Below are positions 1 to 26,639 of a stretch of 64,000 nucleotides of DNA, piece by piece (the stretch's first letter is position 1; each line of letters opens with the position of its first letter). The translations under genes and the position numbers were made by a program. Under the pieces are notes generated by a model, which was not told the origin of the DNA, did no database searches, and worked only from the letters and a program-made list of their open reading frames with translations. Source of the stretch: Chrysomallon squamiferum (Eukaryota; Animalia; Mollusca); NCBI GenBank assembly GCA_012295275.1, contig CM022668.1, positions 10,044,001 to 10,108,000 on the forward strand. Reading direction: 5' to 3'.

Positions 1-2811
1 AATGTCCATCAGATGCAGTGCACCGACCTGTGCTGCCAGGTGTAATGGAGTCTTTCCTGTTTTGTTTCTCCATTTAGGAGAACTGCCTTTGTTCAAAAGT
101 AGCTCAACATTTTTGTCTATTCCTGATGTGATGGGGTCATAGAGAGCTATTTGACATTTAGAATAGAAGCAATTTGGATTCACGTCATTGTCCAGTAGTA
201 CCTGAAGTACGTCGAAATATCCCATACTAGCAGCATAATGCAAGCGAGTCTGTCCACAGGAGTACATCAGATAAGGATCCGCCTTCAGTTCCAGTAATGT
301 TGATATGACATCCGTGTAATGAAGACCTATAGCTTGATGTAAAAGTGTTTCTCTGTTTTCGTTCTGATGATTGACTCTGCCTCCAGCATCATGTAAATCT
401 TTGAGAAGAGTACATCTCGAAAACATTACAGCGAATGACATGGCCGATTCTCCATTGTCATCAGGTATATTTAGATCAGTCCCCAGAGTGATCAGCAATT
501 TCGTTGCTTTTTGCATGCCGGACTTAATCGCTGTCTACAAGACAGTGTAACCGCAATTGTCTCGACCATTTATGTCTGCTCCGCTCTTAACGAGAGATTA
601 TATGAAGTCTATGCCTCCCATTTTACCTAGATTCACAAGAAAAGCTGTGGATTCCACACATCCGTATCTTGAGGCTGTATGTAATAGGTTTTCACTGTGA
701 TTTACTGATGTCTTGCAGGCTGGATTACTGCCAGTGATTTCTTTCAGGATGTCGGCATCATCGTGTGCATCGGTCCGAACAGCACAGCATTCAGAGTTTC
801 CTGCTGTAACGTGATTTGTTAACTGCCTAAAGAGATCGCCAGCTCGGATATCGACACTGCTGGGAAGTGTGAGTGGTCGATGTCTCCTTCGCAGTGTTTT
901 TCTGAGTCCTTCGTGACACTGCAGTAGTAACTGCCTGAGAGCACGACGAAGAACCGATTCACTAGTCTCTAACTGACAAAGTCGATGAATGAGAAAACGT
1001 GAAATTTTTCCATTTCCTTTTTCTAACGCCAAATACAACATGGATCCCAAATCGTCAACCTTGAGATCAGCATTAGTTTTGCACTTCAGCAGATATTCAA
1101 ACATGGACATATCGTCTGACTTCGACAGAGCAGCAGCAGCCAGTGACGTCACAGTTGGAACTGTGCCACAGTCCAGCAGAGATGTTATTGTTTCACAGTT
1201 TCCTGTGAAACAAGAGACATCCAGAATTTCGCCGCGCTGGTTGATAATAACACTATCGTTTGACTCGCAGACAGCTTTCACAAAATGTCTGGAAAGACTA
1301 CGACAGTCTGTAGCAACAGCAACACTTGTCGTTGACGATGTCGATAATGAAATGCTCTCACGAATACGACCGAGTAACTTTGTCTCCATATCTGGGAAAT
1401 AAAAACCGTCTTTTTCTAAACTAAACCACAAAGTATTGAAATCATCTGCATAAGAAAAACTGCGGATAGAGTGATTTCCAGAAAAATGAAAGCATTTGCC
1501 TTGTTCTAAATCAGACCACAAAGCATTGACCTGTTCTTTATAAAAAAAACTGCAGATAGTGTCTTTCTTTATTTCAAGTGTCTGTGATAAGACTTTGTTT
1601 GGGACAACCGATTTCCAGAATTCCTCTGTCAAATATTTAACGAATAATTCATCTTTTAACGATGTATGTGAAAGAATAAGTCTTGCGCTGGACGACATCA
1701 ACAAATCTGTAAACCTTTCAGCAAGAACTGGAAAGTTTTTCCTCTCAACTCTAACAACGACGTCGTCATTCCTTGCCGCACTAGGTGTGATGATATATTC
1801 AAGAAGCAACATCGCCGGACATATGAGGAGTCCTTGCTTCTGGTACTCTGATATGAACTGTAGGAATAACGTATCAAATATGGATTGGTGAATAAACGTG
1901 TATTCTCTCTCCTCGTTGTTGTTTGTCAAGTATAGTCCACACAGAACATTGGCCGAAGCTTTCATTTGACCTAGAGAAACATCACTGTTTATTTTACACA
2001 CGTGCTTCAGTTTACTGATCAAGTTTAGGATATGTGATGAATCTTCGAATGGTTCCAGAGAATCATCTTTTAAAACCCCCTCTTTGAACAACACAGTGAG
2101 GAGAACCAGGTACTGGTACTGACTCAGCTCCGACCTATCTTCTTGAAGTATGGAGAACTGATTTTCTATAAATTCTACAATCTTTTTTCCACTCTCTGAG
2201 CTCAAGAAAAAATTACAGCACTGCGGGAAACCAAGTTCTTGAAATGTTTCCTGTACTGCTTCATCTTTTTCTTCTTCTTTCATGTGTACGTCTCTGAAAT
2301 TTAGGTGTCTGTCCAGAATGTTTCTCTTCTCTTCAAACGTCAGGTGCGTATCTTCGCCATGCAGGCCAATCAAGTGTTTCTTGTTGAAGATGGGAAAAGC
2401 ACGAAGACTTTGCTTACAATCTGCAAATATTTGTGTCCTGAACGTGATTATCAGCTTCATGAATCCAGACTCAACAAAAGACCAAATGGTTTCAAATTTC
2501 ATTTCCCATCCTCGCTGAAACTCGGACATAAGTTTGCTGTTACCAACAATGTCATCAATAAGAAGAATAATCTTTTCACTTGGCTTCAGCGTGAACAGAT
2601 CTTTAGGTCTCGGGATATCTTCGAACTGAGTTTGTTCCCGGGTTATAATTTGTTCCATAATATTTAAACTCAGAGTTGTCTTCCCTGATCCCGGACTTCC
2701 TATGATGACGAAAATGCCAAAGTTGACGAGTATTTCTTCTGCCATTCTGAATGCACTGATCGGAACAAAGGTGCTGTAGTTGATGTTTTGAATTCGAGTT
2801 GAGGCATTGCC
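1..2811 (-). pseudogene. STAND-class (nSTAND3-like) P-loop NTPase + C-terminal ankyrin repeats; one long exon with two in-frame stops
   Basis: ORF 598-2745 has Walker A GSPGSGKT and Walker B LLIDD, preceded in frame by FVPISAFRMAEEIL from an AG acceptor at 2813-2812, plus FIHQSIFD. The frame continues past TAA (600-598) and TAG (537-535) into further ankyrin repeats (SLVKSGADIN, ETLLHQA, QTRLHYAA, GKTPLHLAA) to the window edge. Confidence 0.8.
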
Positions 2812-4550
2812 CTTAAAATATGAGAGGATTATTTACGTTAACTGTTATTGTTGTAGTCGTTATTGTAGGAACAGTTGAAAAATAATAATAATCATAGTTA
2901 ATAAAACATCACCTCTGATTTAGCTTAACATTTATATTTAGTGTATGTGGGAGTTATAAACGTTATCCACTTTTAGCATGATTTGACAGGCTACTATCGA
3001 TATGAAGTTCTGTTAGTTTCCAGTTTTGACCAAAACGGACTGTGACAACAAGAACTGAATGACCATAGACCAGCAAAATATCGGTCAATCTATAGTTATT
3101 TCTATAACGATGAATTCACAAGGTTTTGGGAAATGTTGTTATTATATATAAATAAATATGCAGTTATTTCTCGGGAGCATGTAAAAAGAAGTCATATATT
3201 TGTTATTTGAATATTTACGCCCTCGCACATTTTTGTCCAAAATTGTCAAAACTGAAAAGACAGTATCTTGGATACCAGCTGCAGATCATGCCAGAAATAC
3301 GAGCGTTTCCAACCAGAGTACTCTAAGTAACGATTTTCTGCGACTGTGATTGAATTTTTCCATTATTTGTTAAGATTTGACATCGAGTGACCATATCGAC
3401 ATACCTGATTAAATAAGTATAACTAAAGAAATATTTCTTTCTTCTTTTAATAGCTTAGTTTCATTTCTTATTCAATACTGAATAAATGTCTGTTATATAC
3501 AAGTCGATGTGACACAATTAACATAAAATAAATCCAAGAATCCATATACTCACGTTTCATATTGGATAATTATTCTGTTTCTTTTTCTGCAAAGAAGTAA
3601 AAATATTACTGAAATGACTATTTCTAACATATAATGAAACAGAGACAAAGGCAAAGCCAAAGAGAAAGATATTTTATTATTATTACGATTAATAACAACA
3701 ATCCGTAAACAGATGGACTGATATATATATATGTGTGTGTGTGTTTGTGTGAATGTGAGTGTGTGTGTATTTCTGTGTGTGAATCCTTAATTCTTCATAT
3801 TACGTTTTCATTGATTACTTTATTTAGAAAAATAAAACTGCCATTTACTTTTAATCATGATTTTCTTTGTTCCTCTTTGATTAATGCGCCCCACTGTTGT
3901 TTTGTTACAAACCTGAAGTATCATTAAGCACATATACCATTTCCCTTCTTGAATGCTGTTCTGACATTCTGCCTACAATAAGCAGAGAAAGTCTGAATGA
4001 ATCAATCAACGTATGAACCATTAAACGAGGGGCGGGCAAACTCCGAAGATTTATTGTCTGGTCCGCCAAACTATTCACAATTAACATTGTCATCTGTTAA
4101 AAGTGAAATTACCGTTTACATAAAATACACGTTTTGAAATATTTTTGTTCTCATTTCATATTCTGGTCCTCGTGCTCTTCCTATAAAATTCACCCGGCCC
4201 CTGTTTTAAAAAGTTTGCCTGCCTCTGCATTAAACAATGCTTTTCACACTTTGATTTAAGAAAACCTTTTAAGTATTAAAGCATAAAGACAAGGAAAAAA
4301 GCCTTCATTACATTAGCGAAATAATTCCACAAGTAAGTCGCAGTAAACAGAGAACGGTATAGCAGCGGTATTTCAAAGCTTTGAGAATAAATGTATTTAT
4401 GTATTTCCGTATTCCTTTCATCCATATTCACACACATACACACACACACACACACACACAATTTATTTATCTATTTATCTATCTATCTATATTCTTATAC
4501 ATACCTACCTAACTAGCAACCTATATACATACACAGACACATACACACAC

Positions 4551-4592
<42 letters not shown>

Positions 4593-4967
4593 TGTATGTA
4601 TGTATGTGTGTCTGTTTCTGTGTACAAACATAAAAAGAAATGTATAAGCAGTATAAATTCTTAATTAAATTCAGATTGATGGTGACAGATATAATTAAGA
4701 CATAAACTTACTGAATGACTCACAATTTATCTGAGAAGAAATCAAGTTTTGTATCTTTATCACAGTCAAGCAGTACATACTTTCTTGAATTAATCTGGCT
4801 AAATATTGTCCAACCTTTACTTGTGGAATAGGATCAGGAGCATTTACTAGGTCAGTTTTCACTGCTGAAGATGATCGTTGAACGACACCAGAGTTCTGAA
4901 CAGTGTAATCCTCGTGAAGTTTTTTGTTGGCTGGTGGGTAGAGTTTGTTTTCTCAAGTATATTATAT

Positions 4968-7900
4968 CTGAGACATAAGCAAACTTGTATACTATTTCTT
5001 CTAAATTATTAATTTAATTTAATTTAATTTTATTTTTAATTTGTGAAAACTGTGAACATGTCGGGGGACAAATTTTGAATGAAGATGTACATAGGGAATG
5101 ACACTTATCGGATTATCCCAGGCATAATTACCTGGAATACATAGATATAACAGATAATTAACTATAACAAGTTTAGAAAAAATAAAAAATACGAAATAAA
5201 AGATATAAAAATAAATAAAAATTCCTTAAATAGCTGAAAGGAAAAGTCCTTGAATGGTTAGAAATGATGACCATGCTTTTACAAGTTTTCCCCAAGTTCG
5301 AACTACCGTACAAAGTTGTAGTCGGAAGACATAGTACTACTGAATATTAAAACAAAAAGAATAGCTATGAGAATATAAACAATTTTATGTACCTAATAAC
5401 ATTTTTTTTTTGTGACAGTTGTTATAAACATAAAGTTTCGGTATAACTATTAATACTTCCATGTTTCAAGAGTAAACATCTGAACGGATAAATACAAATA
5501 CATCCACATTTTAAAAATTGTGGCTCATGAATATTTACGAATGTACAAATTACTACGATTGTTATAACGTTTTACGAAGTTAACGGAAACTAAATTATTC
5601 TCACCTTTTTCTTGACCAAAAACACGATCGTTTACTAATTACTTCTCGATCTTTCATTTCCTTGTTTGTTGACAAAGTATTTCACGTTATAAATATCCCA
5701 GTCTTAATATAATTTTTATTTAGGTTATGATGATATTAATAATGATGATGATGATGAAAATGATGATGATTATTATTACAACTATAATGATGATTATATA
5801 ACAATGATATAATTAGAAAAAATATACATTTGTTTCAAACTGTTTAACATATTAAGTATTAAGTAAATCGTTTAATTCACAATTTCTTTTTTTTTAAAAA
5901 CCCAAAACCCCATATATTATTTTACTTTAACATGTTTAGTTTTGTCATTAGTGGAACTTGGTATTTGTACCTAACAACGACAGTGAAAGTTAAAGTTAAA
6001 GATGAAACTGAAAGAATGAAAATCATTGACTTTCTTTGTTGAGACTAATTTGATCCGCTTGTGTGCTGAAAAAAGATGCTGGGGTGGAGTAGAAAGAAAG
6101 CTGTTGATTATGTTAATAGAGAATTGCATAAAATGTGAGTGGTTAACATTTTGTTGTTGTTGTTGTAAGTTATTCCTTTGCTGTGTAGTTTTATTGGTAC
6201 AATGATATTCATGTTTGGTATAAAGGAGACCCACAGAAGGGCTCCAGTGATGGCTTCGACATTACTCAGTTCAGCTGGTACAGTAAAGCTGCTAATGGTA
6301 AAAACGAAACAAAAATAAACTTTGTGAACCTTAAAATAATTTCAGATATTGCCTCTTAATATCCAGCAACACAATCACTATAAAAATTGTTTTATCATTT
6401 GCAGAGATAACAGACTTGAAAACTGTTAATTAAATGTGTCCATTGTAACTAAAAATATCAGTTTGAGAGTCCACAGTTTCAAGCGTATTGATTCAATTGA
6501 TATAATATTTGAAATTAAGGCGTTTGAGACATAAGCAAACTTGTATAATATTTCTTCTAAATTATTAATTTTATTTTATTTTTAATTTGTGAAAACTGTG
6601 AACATGTCGGGAGAGAAATTTTGAATGAAGATGTACATAGGGAATGACACTTATCGGATTATCCCAGGCATAATTACCTGGAATACATAGATATAACAGA
6701 TAATTAACTATAACAAGTTTAGAAAAAATAAAAAATACGAAATAAAAGATATAAAAATAAATAAAAATTCCTTAAATAGCTGAAAGGAAAAGTCCTTGAA
6801 TGGTTAGAAATGATGACCATGCTTTTACAAGTTTTCCCCAAGTTCGAACTACCGTACAAAGTTGTAGTCGGAAGACATAGTACTACTGAATATTAAAACA
6901 AAAAGAATAGCTATGAGAATATAAACAATTTTATGTACCTAATAACATTTTTTTTTGTGACAGTTGTTATAAACATAAAGTTTCGGTATAACTATTAATA
7001 CTTCCATGTTTCAAGAGTAAACATCTGAACGGATAAATACAAATACATCCACATTTTAAAAATTGTGGCTCATGAATATTTACGAATGTACAAATTACTA
7101 CGATTGTTATAACGTTTTACGAAGTTAACGGGAACTAAATTATTCTCACCTTTTTCTTGACCAAAAACACGATCGTTTACTAATTACTTCTCGATCTTTC
7201 ATTTCCTTGTTTGTTGACAAAGTATTTCACGTTATAAATATCCCAGTCTTAATATAATTTTTATTTAGGTTATGATGATATTAATAATGATGATGATGAT
7301 GAAAATGATGATGATTATTATTACAACTATAATGATGATTATATAACAATGATATAATTAGAAAAAATATACATTTGTTTCAAACTGTTTAACATATTAA
7401 GTATTAAGTAAATCGTTTAATTCACAATTTCTTTTTTTTTAAAAACCCAAAACCCCATATATTATTTTACTTTAACATGTTTAGTTTTGTCATTAGTGGA
7501 ACTTGGTATTTGTACCTAACAACGACAGTGAAAGTTAAAGTTAAAGATGAAACTGAAAGAATGAAAATCATTGACTTTCTTTGTTGAGACTAATTTGATC
7601 CGCTTGTGTGCTGAGAAAAGATGCTGGGGTGGAGTAGAAAGAAAGCTGTTGATTATGTTAATAGAGAATTGCATAAAATGTGAGTGGTTAACATTTTGTT
7701 GTTGTTGTTGTAAGTTATTCCTTTGCTGTGTAGTTTTATTGGTACAATGATATTCATGTTTGGTATAAAGGAGACCCACAGAAGGGCTCCAGTGATGGCT
7801 TCGACATTACTCAGTTCAGCTGGTACAGTAAAGCTGCTAATGGTAAAAACGAAACAAAAATAAACTTTGTGAACCTTAAAATAATTTCAGATATTGCCTC

Positions 7901-8628
7901 TTAATATCCAGCAACACAATCACTATAAAAATTGTTTTATCATTTGCAGAGATAACAGACTTGAAAACTGTTAATTAAATGTGTCCATTGTAACTAAAAA
8001 TATCAGTTTGAGAGTCCACAGTTTCAAGCGTATTGATTCAATTGATATAATATTTGAAATTAAGGCGTTTGAGACATAAGCAAACTTGTATAATATTTCT
8101 TCTAAATTATTAATTTTATTTTATTTTTAATTTGTGAAAACTGTGAACATGTCGGGAGAGAAATTTTGAATGAAGATGTACATAGGGAATGACACTTATC
8201 GGATTATACCAGGCATAATTAACTGGAATGCACAGATATAACATATAATTAACTATAACAAGTTTAGAAGAAAAAAAATAGAAGATATAAAAATAAAGAA
8301 AAATTCCTTAAATAGCTGATAGGAAAAGTCCTTGAATCGTTAGAAGTTATGACCATGCTTTTACAAGCTTTTACAAGTTCGAACTACCGTACAAAGTTGT
8401 AGTTGGCAGACATAGTACTACTAAATATTAAAACAAAAAGAATAGCTATGAGAATATAAACAATTTTATGTACCCAGTAACATTTTTTTTTTTTTTTTTG
8501 TCACAGTTGCTTTAAACATACAGTTTCGGTATATCTATTAATAGTTTCGTGTTTCAAGAGTAAACACCTGAACGGATAAATACAAATACATCCACATTTT
8601 ATAAATTGTGGATCATGAATATTTACGA
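4968..8628. repeat. Tandem duplication, 1545-bp unit, about 2.4 copies
   Basis: TGAGACATAAGCAAACTTGTATA recurs at about 4968, 6525 and 8070; identical ORFs at 5971 and 7516 (offset 1545). Copies 1 and 2 are near-identical; the partial copy 3 is more diverged. Confidence 0.95.
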
Positions 8629-9077
8629 CTGTTACCAGAGACTCCCAGGATTCTGTTTTGAGTCATTCGCATCAGAAGTGTCTGTTTTTTGTGCACGATA
8701 GCATTTGGTTTGTAAAGCATCTACAAAACAGTATTACACCAATTCGTAATCTAAATGAAGGAAGATACTTGTACAATGGTTCAAATGAAAATGGGTATAG
8801 ATAAACAATGAAAGAGCTGTTACTATTATGACTGTTAGTAACAACAACAACAGTATTAATAAAGATCAAATTAAATATAATCTAATGTTGATGATGATGA
8901 TAATAATAATAATAATCTAATAACAGCAAACAAACAAACAAACAAACAAACATAAAAATAAGTAAATAATTAAACAATTAAATAAATAAAAGCTCCGAAA
9001 AACGAAATTAACGGTGTACAACAAATACAGTTTAGGAAAAGACTATGCTTGATTCAATTTATTATAGTCAAAATATT

Positions 9078-10025
9078 TCTGTTGGAAATTTTCAGGAAAG
9101 GAATGGATAAACTAAAATAATTTTAAAATAAAATTAAAATATAAAAATAAATAACAATAATTGATATTAAATAAATAAATAAACAAGTTATTTATTTTAG
9201 TTTTCGAACTGTTTAACTACATCTTTTCTTTATTTCAACACCTACTTATATGCGTCTGGTGTGATTCTTATAATTAACTTACCACACAGACACTAACAAA
9301 ATCCACTGCAGTTTCACGTGACTACTAAGGTTCTTGCAGGAAGTGAACGATATTTTATCAGAAGAAAAGAAATAAAGAAATAAAACAGAAAAAAAATGAT
9401 TAAAAAAAAAAAAATAATTAAACAACGGTATTTGTAAATCACCTGGCATTGCATTACCCGGATCTCTATATAGATCAACACATGTATGTATGTATGTATC
9501 TCTCCGTATGTATATATAATTATCTATATCTATATATTTATATATATGTATATATCTACATCTATATCTGTCTGTCTATTTCTTTACATATTATATCGAT
9601 CGGCATCTCTATAAAATTGTCTCTATTTATTTTTCAGTCTTATGGTCTACCTCTGTATATTTGTCTATATATCTCTCTATCTATCTATATTATATATACA
9701 TATCTAGAGAGATAGCTGATACAGACAAATAAACAGATAGATAGTAAGACAGACAGCTATAACACTAATATCTTTCACATAACAAAAACTAACCTGTCTA
9801 CTTGTACCAGTGAACAACAAAACGGGCCACACTGAGATACACCAGTCTCAACGACTCAGTGCATAAAAAACTAATTCTCTTTAAAAGCGTCGGAATTCCT
9901 TTAAATAAAGTAATAAAACAACGTCAGCGCCTCCGTGTTGTATTTCAGTTTACCAGACGAACTGCTCTTGAAAACTACAATAAAATAAAGATAAGATAAG
10001 AGAGAGAGAGAGAGAAAGAGAGAGA

Positions 10026-10111
<86 letters not shown>

Positions 10112-10122
10112 GGAGGGAGGGA

Positions 10123-10220
<98 letters not shown>

Positions 10221-10548
10221 GAGAGATAACAAAAAAAGAAAATGCTCAACAGATAAAAATACTTCGTTGTGTAGGAAATAGCACTTCCAACAATATTTAC
10301 TTAATTCTTTAAAAGTGTAGTGTAAATCATTTTGGTGATGAAACAGTACTAACATAGTAATAATAAATATAATTTAATTAAATTAGCAGAATGACACATC
10401 TTGAAAAATAAAATGTCTGTTGGAAATTTTCAGGTAAGGAATGGATAAACTAAAATAATTTAAAAATAAAATTAAAATATCAGAATAAATAACAATAAAT
10501 GATAATAAATAAATAAATATATAAATAAATAAACAAGTTATTTATTTT
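9078..10548. repeat. Direct repeat of about 125 bp (about 9078-9200 and 10415-10548)
   Basis: TCTGTTGGAAATTTTCAGGnAAGGAATGGATAAACTAAAATAATTT...AAACAAGTTATTTATTTTA is seen twice. Confidence 0.8.
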
Positions 10549-10728
10549 ATTCAGTAAAATTAATTATCAATTTTCTGTCCCTGTTCTTAACCGAGCGATT
10601 CCGAGAGCGTTGACAACGTTTCATTAATGTTTCAAACGTCAAATAATTCAAATCAAAAATGTTTGTATAAATGTACACATTCACGAATGTACATATTAAT
10701 TAAATAAAGATATGTTTAATAATATATT

Positions 10729-10868
10729 TTTTCAGTATAAGATGTCAAAATAAAGATATTTTTAAATGTATATTTTTCAGTCTAAGGCGCTAAAATAAGG
10801 ACATTTTAATTATTTATTTTTCAGTCTAAGATACTAAAATAAAGACATTTTAATTATTTATTTTTCAG

Positions 10869-10895
<27 letters not shown>
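10729..10895 (+). repeat. Four tandem units (about 44-46 bp) of a splice acceptor plus exon start
   Basis: TTTTTCAG-T(C/A)TAAG..TAAAATAA.GA.ATTTT is repeated; only the 4th copy continues into the PTP-like exon. Confidence 0.75.
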
Positions 10896-11759
<864 letters not shown>

Positions 11760-12412
11760 CACCATCGTCAGTGAATTTGTCAAACATTTATAAATGACAA
11801 TGAATTTGCTTGAATCATTTGTTTTATAATTCAAGACAATAGTGAATTTCTCAGATATTTTATGTGAAAACTCAAACTGACAGTTAATCTGTTAGAACAT
11901 TTTTATATCTAGTTCGACACAGAATTTCTTCGAATATTTTGTTTTATTACTCAAGTGACAGTACATTTTTAACAACCATTTTTTTTTTTCATATAGTTTG
12001 ACAGTGAATTTCTCAGAATATTTTGTTTAGTAGTTCATGACAATACTGAATTTGCTAATAATTGCAGTTTTAATCAGAATTGGAGTTTACTAACGCTATG
12101 GTTTTGTTTAAATTATAAGAAATAATATATCTGCTGTGGTGGAATGCAAGGGAAATAACTATTTTATTTATTTAAATAACCACAGCTGAAAAACAACACC
12201 AAAACAAACTTTTATGTTGAAATAAAGGAGTAATTTATTTTAACCAGAACAACAACATCAGCAACAACAACATAGTCGTAATAGTAGAAGTAGTAGGTAG
12301 TACACAGTAATAGTATTAATAATTAAATGATGATAGTGTTGCATATTTTGAATAAAAATGAAGTAAAAAGTTTCAAATAATAATACAAGTAAGAACTTCA
12401 ACAATATAAATA

Positions 12413-12990
12413 CATGTGGTACCCTGTCTTGTGAGTTTAATTCGTTTCGTGATCGAGCTCGTAACTCAGTTTTCCCTAATGAAATTAACTGAAATACCAT
12501 TAATTCGTTCCAGCCACGAAAAATATACCCCAACTTTTTGTAACGTGTTTCTAAATAAGAAAAATGTATATATAAGTGAAAATATTGTATAAAAACAAAA
12601 TAAAAGAGAATGTAAAGAAATACATTCGTTTTGTAAAGTGTACAGATTTAGGGTTTCTCCATCTTTTTATTGACAGAGGTCCGCAGATTACAAATTATTT
12701 TAACGGCTTTGGCTGCAGTTATAGCCTTTATCGCCTCCTTCTGCTTCAGTATTGTACATATCTTAAAAGTGCCTAGCCATGTTGAATACACGCACACCTC
12801 GCTCATGTGTTTCTATGATTTCATGCTTTAATTCACTGGACATCATCCGCTTCTTCCTCTCTGCTCTGACCTTTCTTAGGATCCATGGAAATTTGGAAAA
12901 TATTGCACAAAACGCGAGCGCATACTGTTTGACTTGCAGTGAAATCCTTTATTTACACTTTCACATTTCAGTTAGTACTTAAATAGAAAC
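12413..12990 (-). mobile_element. Tigger/pogo DNA transposon remnant (N-terminal HTH of transposase plus a TIR-like end)
   Basis: Minus strand from ATG 12886 reads, with frameshifts, MDPKK / RAERKKRMMSSELKHEIIETHERGVRVFNMARH / ICTILKQKEAIKAITAAKAVKIICNLRTSVNKKMEK, typical of Tigger/CENP-B N-termini. TA-CA(T)GTGGTACCCTGTCTTGTGAGTTTAATTCGTT at 12411 resembles a Tigger-type terminus. Confidence 0.8.
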
Positions 12991-13516
12991 AAATGCTGTT
13001 ACTAAGTCATACAAAAAAATTCTGTAGAAAGAAATTCATTCCTGTATGTTATCTCAAATGACTGTGTGTATCTATCTATTTATATAGAGAAATATATGTG
13101 ATGCTTGGTAAAGTTTTAACTTTAGTATCTTTTACTTATTGTTTGCACAAAAATTAATTTGCTAAAACAGAATTTCAGTTTATAATAATTGTTTTTGTTT
13201 TTTTTTTTTTTTTTTTAAAAAACACAAAAAAACATTTTCAAACTTTCAGCATCCCTGTGGTTTTCTGTTCAAGCAGAATGATTCCACACATGGATTTTTC
13301 TGCATGGAGAAGAGAGACCAGCCACGTGAATTAACAACATTTCACATTAATAATACAATATTGTCCCCTTCTGTCTCTCTCTGCCTCTGTCTCTTTCTTT
13401 TTCTCAGTGTCCCTCATTCACTCATTTATTCTCATTTATTCTGTATCTCAGGTGTCTACCATCTTTCATTTTTTTCTTTATTCTCACAGTGTCAACCGTT
13501 CCAGTGCGGGGAAAAA

Positions 13517-13573
<57 letters not shown>

Positions 13574-13844
13574 TGATACACCTAGAGTAATTTTCTTAAT
13601 TTAATTATTATATAAAGTTGTAATCAGAATTATTATTTATTAAAATAACAAATTATATTCATGAAGTTGCGTCCGATTTTCTTTGTTATCTTAAAATGTA
13701 TAATTACGATGTCATTCCATTTGAAATAACTGGAGACTTAACTCACTGCAGACATTTCGTTCTTGTCACTTCATCACCGATAGATTGGGACTATAAGAAA
13801 TTCCATGTACTATTCTTATTTTTCATTAAAAACAAAACTACCAC

Positions 13845-13923
<79 letters not shown>

Positions 13924-14196
13924 TCGATTGTTGTTGTCACTAATCTGTTTGCTTCTCTTTTATTTTTGGATTAATTTCAAAAGGAAATGTGAAAAATCAA
14001 ATCAAATAAATAAATAAGCAAGCAAACAAGTAAATAAGTCAATAAAATACATAAATTAATAATACGAATTTATTGACAACCCCTCACAAATTCCCAAATC
14101 AACAAGAAAACGTCCTAAAAACAAACAAAGCAAAAACCATAAAAGCAAAACAACAGCAAACAAACAACGCCCCTTCCCCCAAAAAAAAAAAACAAG

Positions 14197-14229
<33 letters not shown>

Positions 14230-14899
14230 AATAAAATACAAAAACAAACAACAACTAAAAGCTAATATCCTCCTCAAAGAACTCCCCAAGAACCAAAAAC
14301 AAATAAATATACGTTTATGTGCATAAAATAATAACTTACAACTGTATAATACAATTTAAAAGAATAAGAACAAAAAGAATACAGAAAATTCCTAATATTT
14401 CCATTATTTTACATTTTACTAGCAAACAGTTATAAATTAACTATAATGTTTCTACTATTTTTGCTGAAGTCATAATGTACAGGATTTCATATCAAATTTT
14501 ATTATTATTATTATTTTTTTTTTTAATTAAACAAGCGAGAGAATTACTGTGTTAAAACATTTTGTTCTGAAATAACCAGGAGTTATTTCCCTTACGCAAT
14601 TTCTAAAATTTATTAATAAATTATCAGTAGCCAAGTAACTTTTTCCTAGCATAAAATGTTCAACTTTTTATAGTTTATACATCAATAATAATCAAAATTA
14701 AAAAATGGTCTACGGAAAATAATTCATCTTTTAATACTAGCAACACATTATTGCAGCTTTTATTCTCTTCAAATATCTTACCGATTCTTCTTAATTCTTT
14801 TTTTTTTTTCCTTAATTTTTTTGCCTTCGTCATAAAATTTAATTCAACAACAAATTTATGACGTCAAACAGAAAAGTAAGCAGTAAAAAAAAAAAAAAA

Positions 14900-25445
<10,546 letters not shown>

Positions 25446-25469
25446 TAAACCATTAGATGTGTGTTAGTT

Positions 25470-25971
<502 letters not shown>

Positions 25972-26316
25972 GACCTTATATTTGGGAACGTGTGTGTCTA
26001 TATAAGTATGACAGTCTACAGTTTGTTTCACAGTGTTTAATATCAGACGTTTTTAAACTAGCGACTACAAAAAACGCTTTATTCCTTTTAAAACACTTTA
26101 CAAACTCTTAGATATATTTAATTATGCTGAGTCTTTGTTCAGGTTACCTTTTGAAAGGACTACGACACTGCGACATTTTATCTTTTTAAAAAACGTGTAT
26201 TTATGTTACGTGGAGCGTGCACACAAGAAGTTGCTATAGAAAGCTACAGATGCGCAGGAGCTGCTTTCTCAAATAGAGACTATATTCGAGTTCAAAGCGT
26301 GACACGGTAACAAATG

Positions 26317-26348
<32 letters not shown>

Positions 26349-26351
26349 ATT

Positions 26352-26420
<69 letters not shown>

Positions 26421-26639
26421 TTATTTATTTATTTATTTATTTTTGTTTTATTTAATATTTTTTCTTTCATAATTTCTTATAAAATTTAGCCACCGCATCC
26501 CATATTTGAATAAATTAGCTTCTGTGATTCTGTTTCATTAGTTTCGTAATAATCCGCCTCTGGTAATAATAATACTTAAATTAATAGCAGTAGTAGTAGT
26601 AGTAGTAGCAGTAGTAGCAGAAATATCAGTAGTAGTAAT

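Noticed and set aside
535-600. Stop-codon readthrough or recoding in the ankyrin region
   Set aside because: The stops are TAA and TAG, both arise easily by point mutation, and no recoding signal is evident.
989-2667. Plus-strand ORFs overlapping the NTPase gene
   Set aside because: Antisense shadows of the minus-strand coding region with no recognisable motifs.
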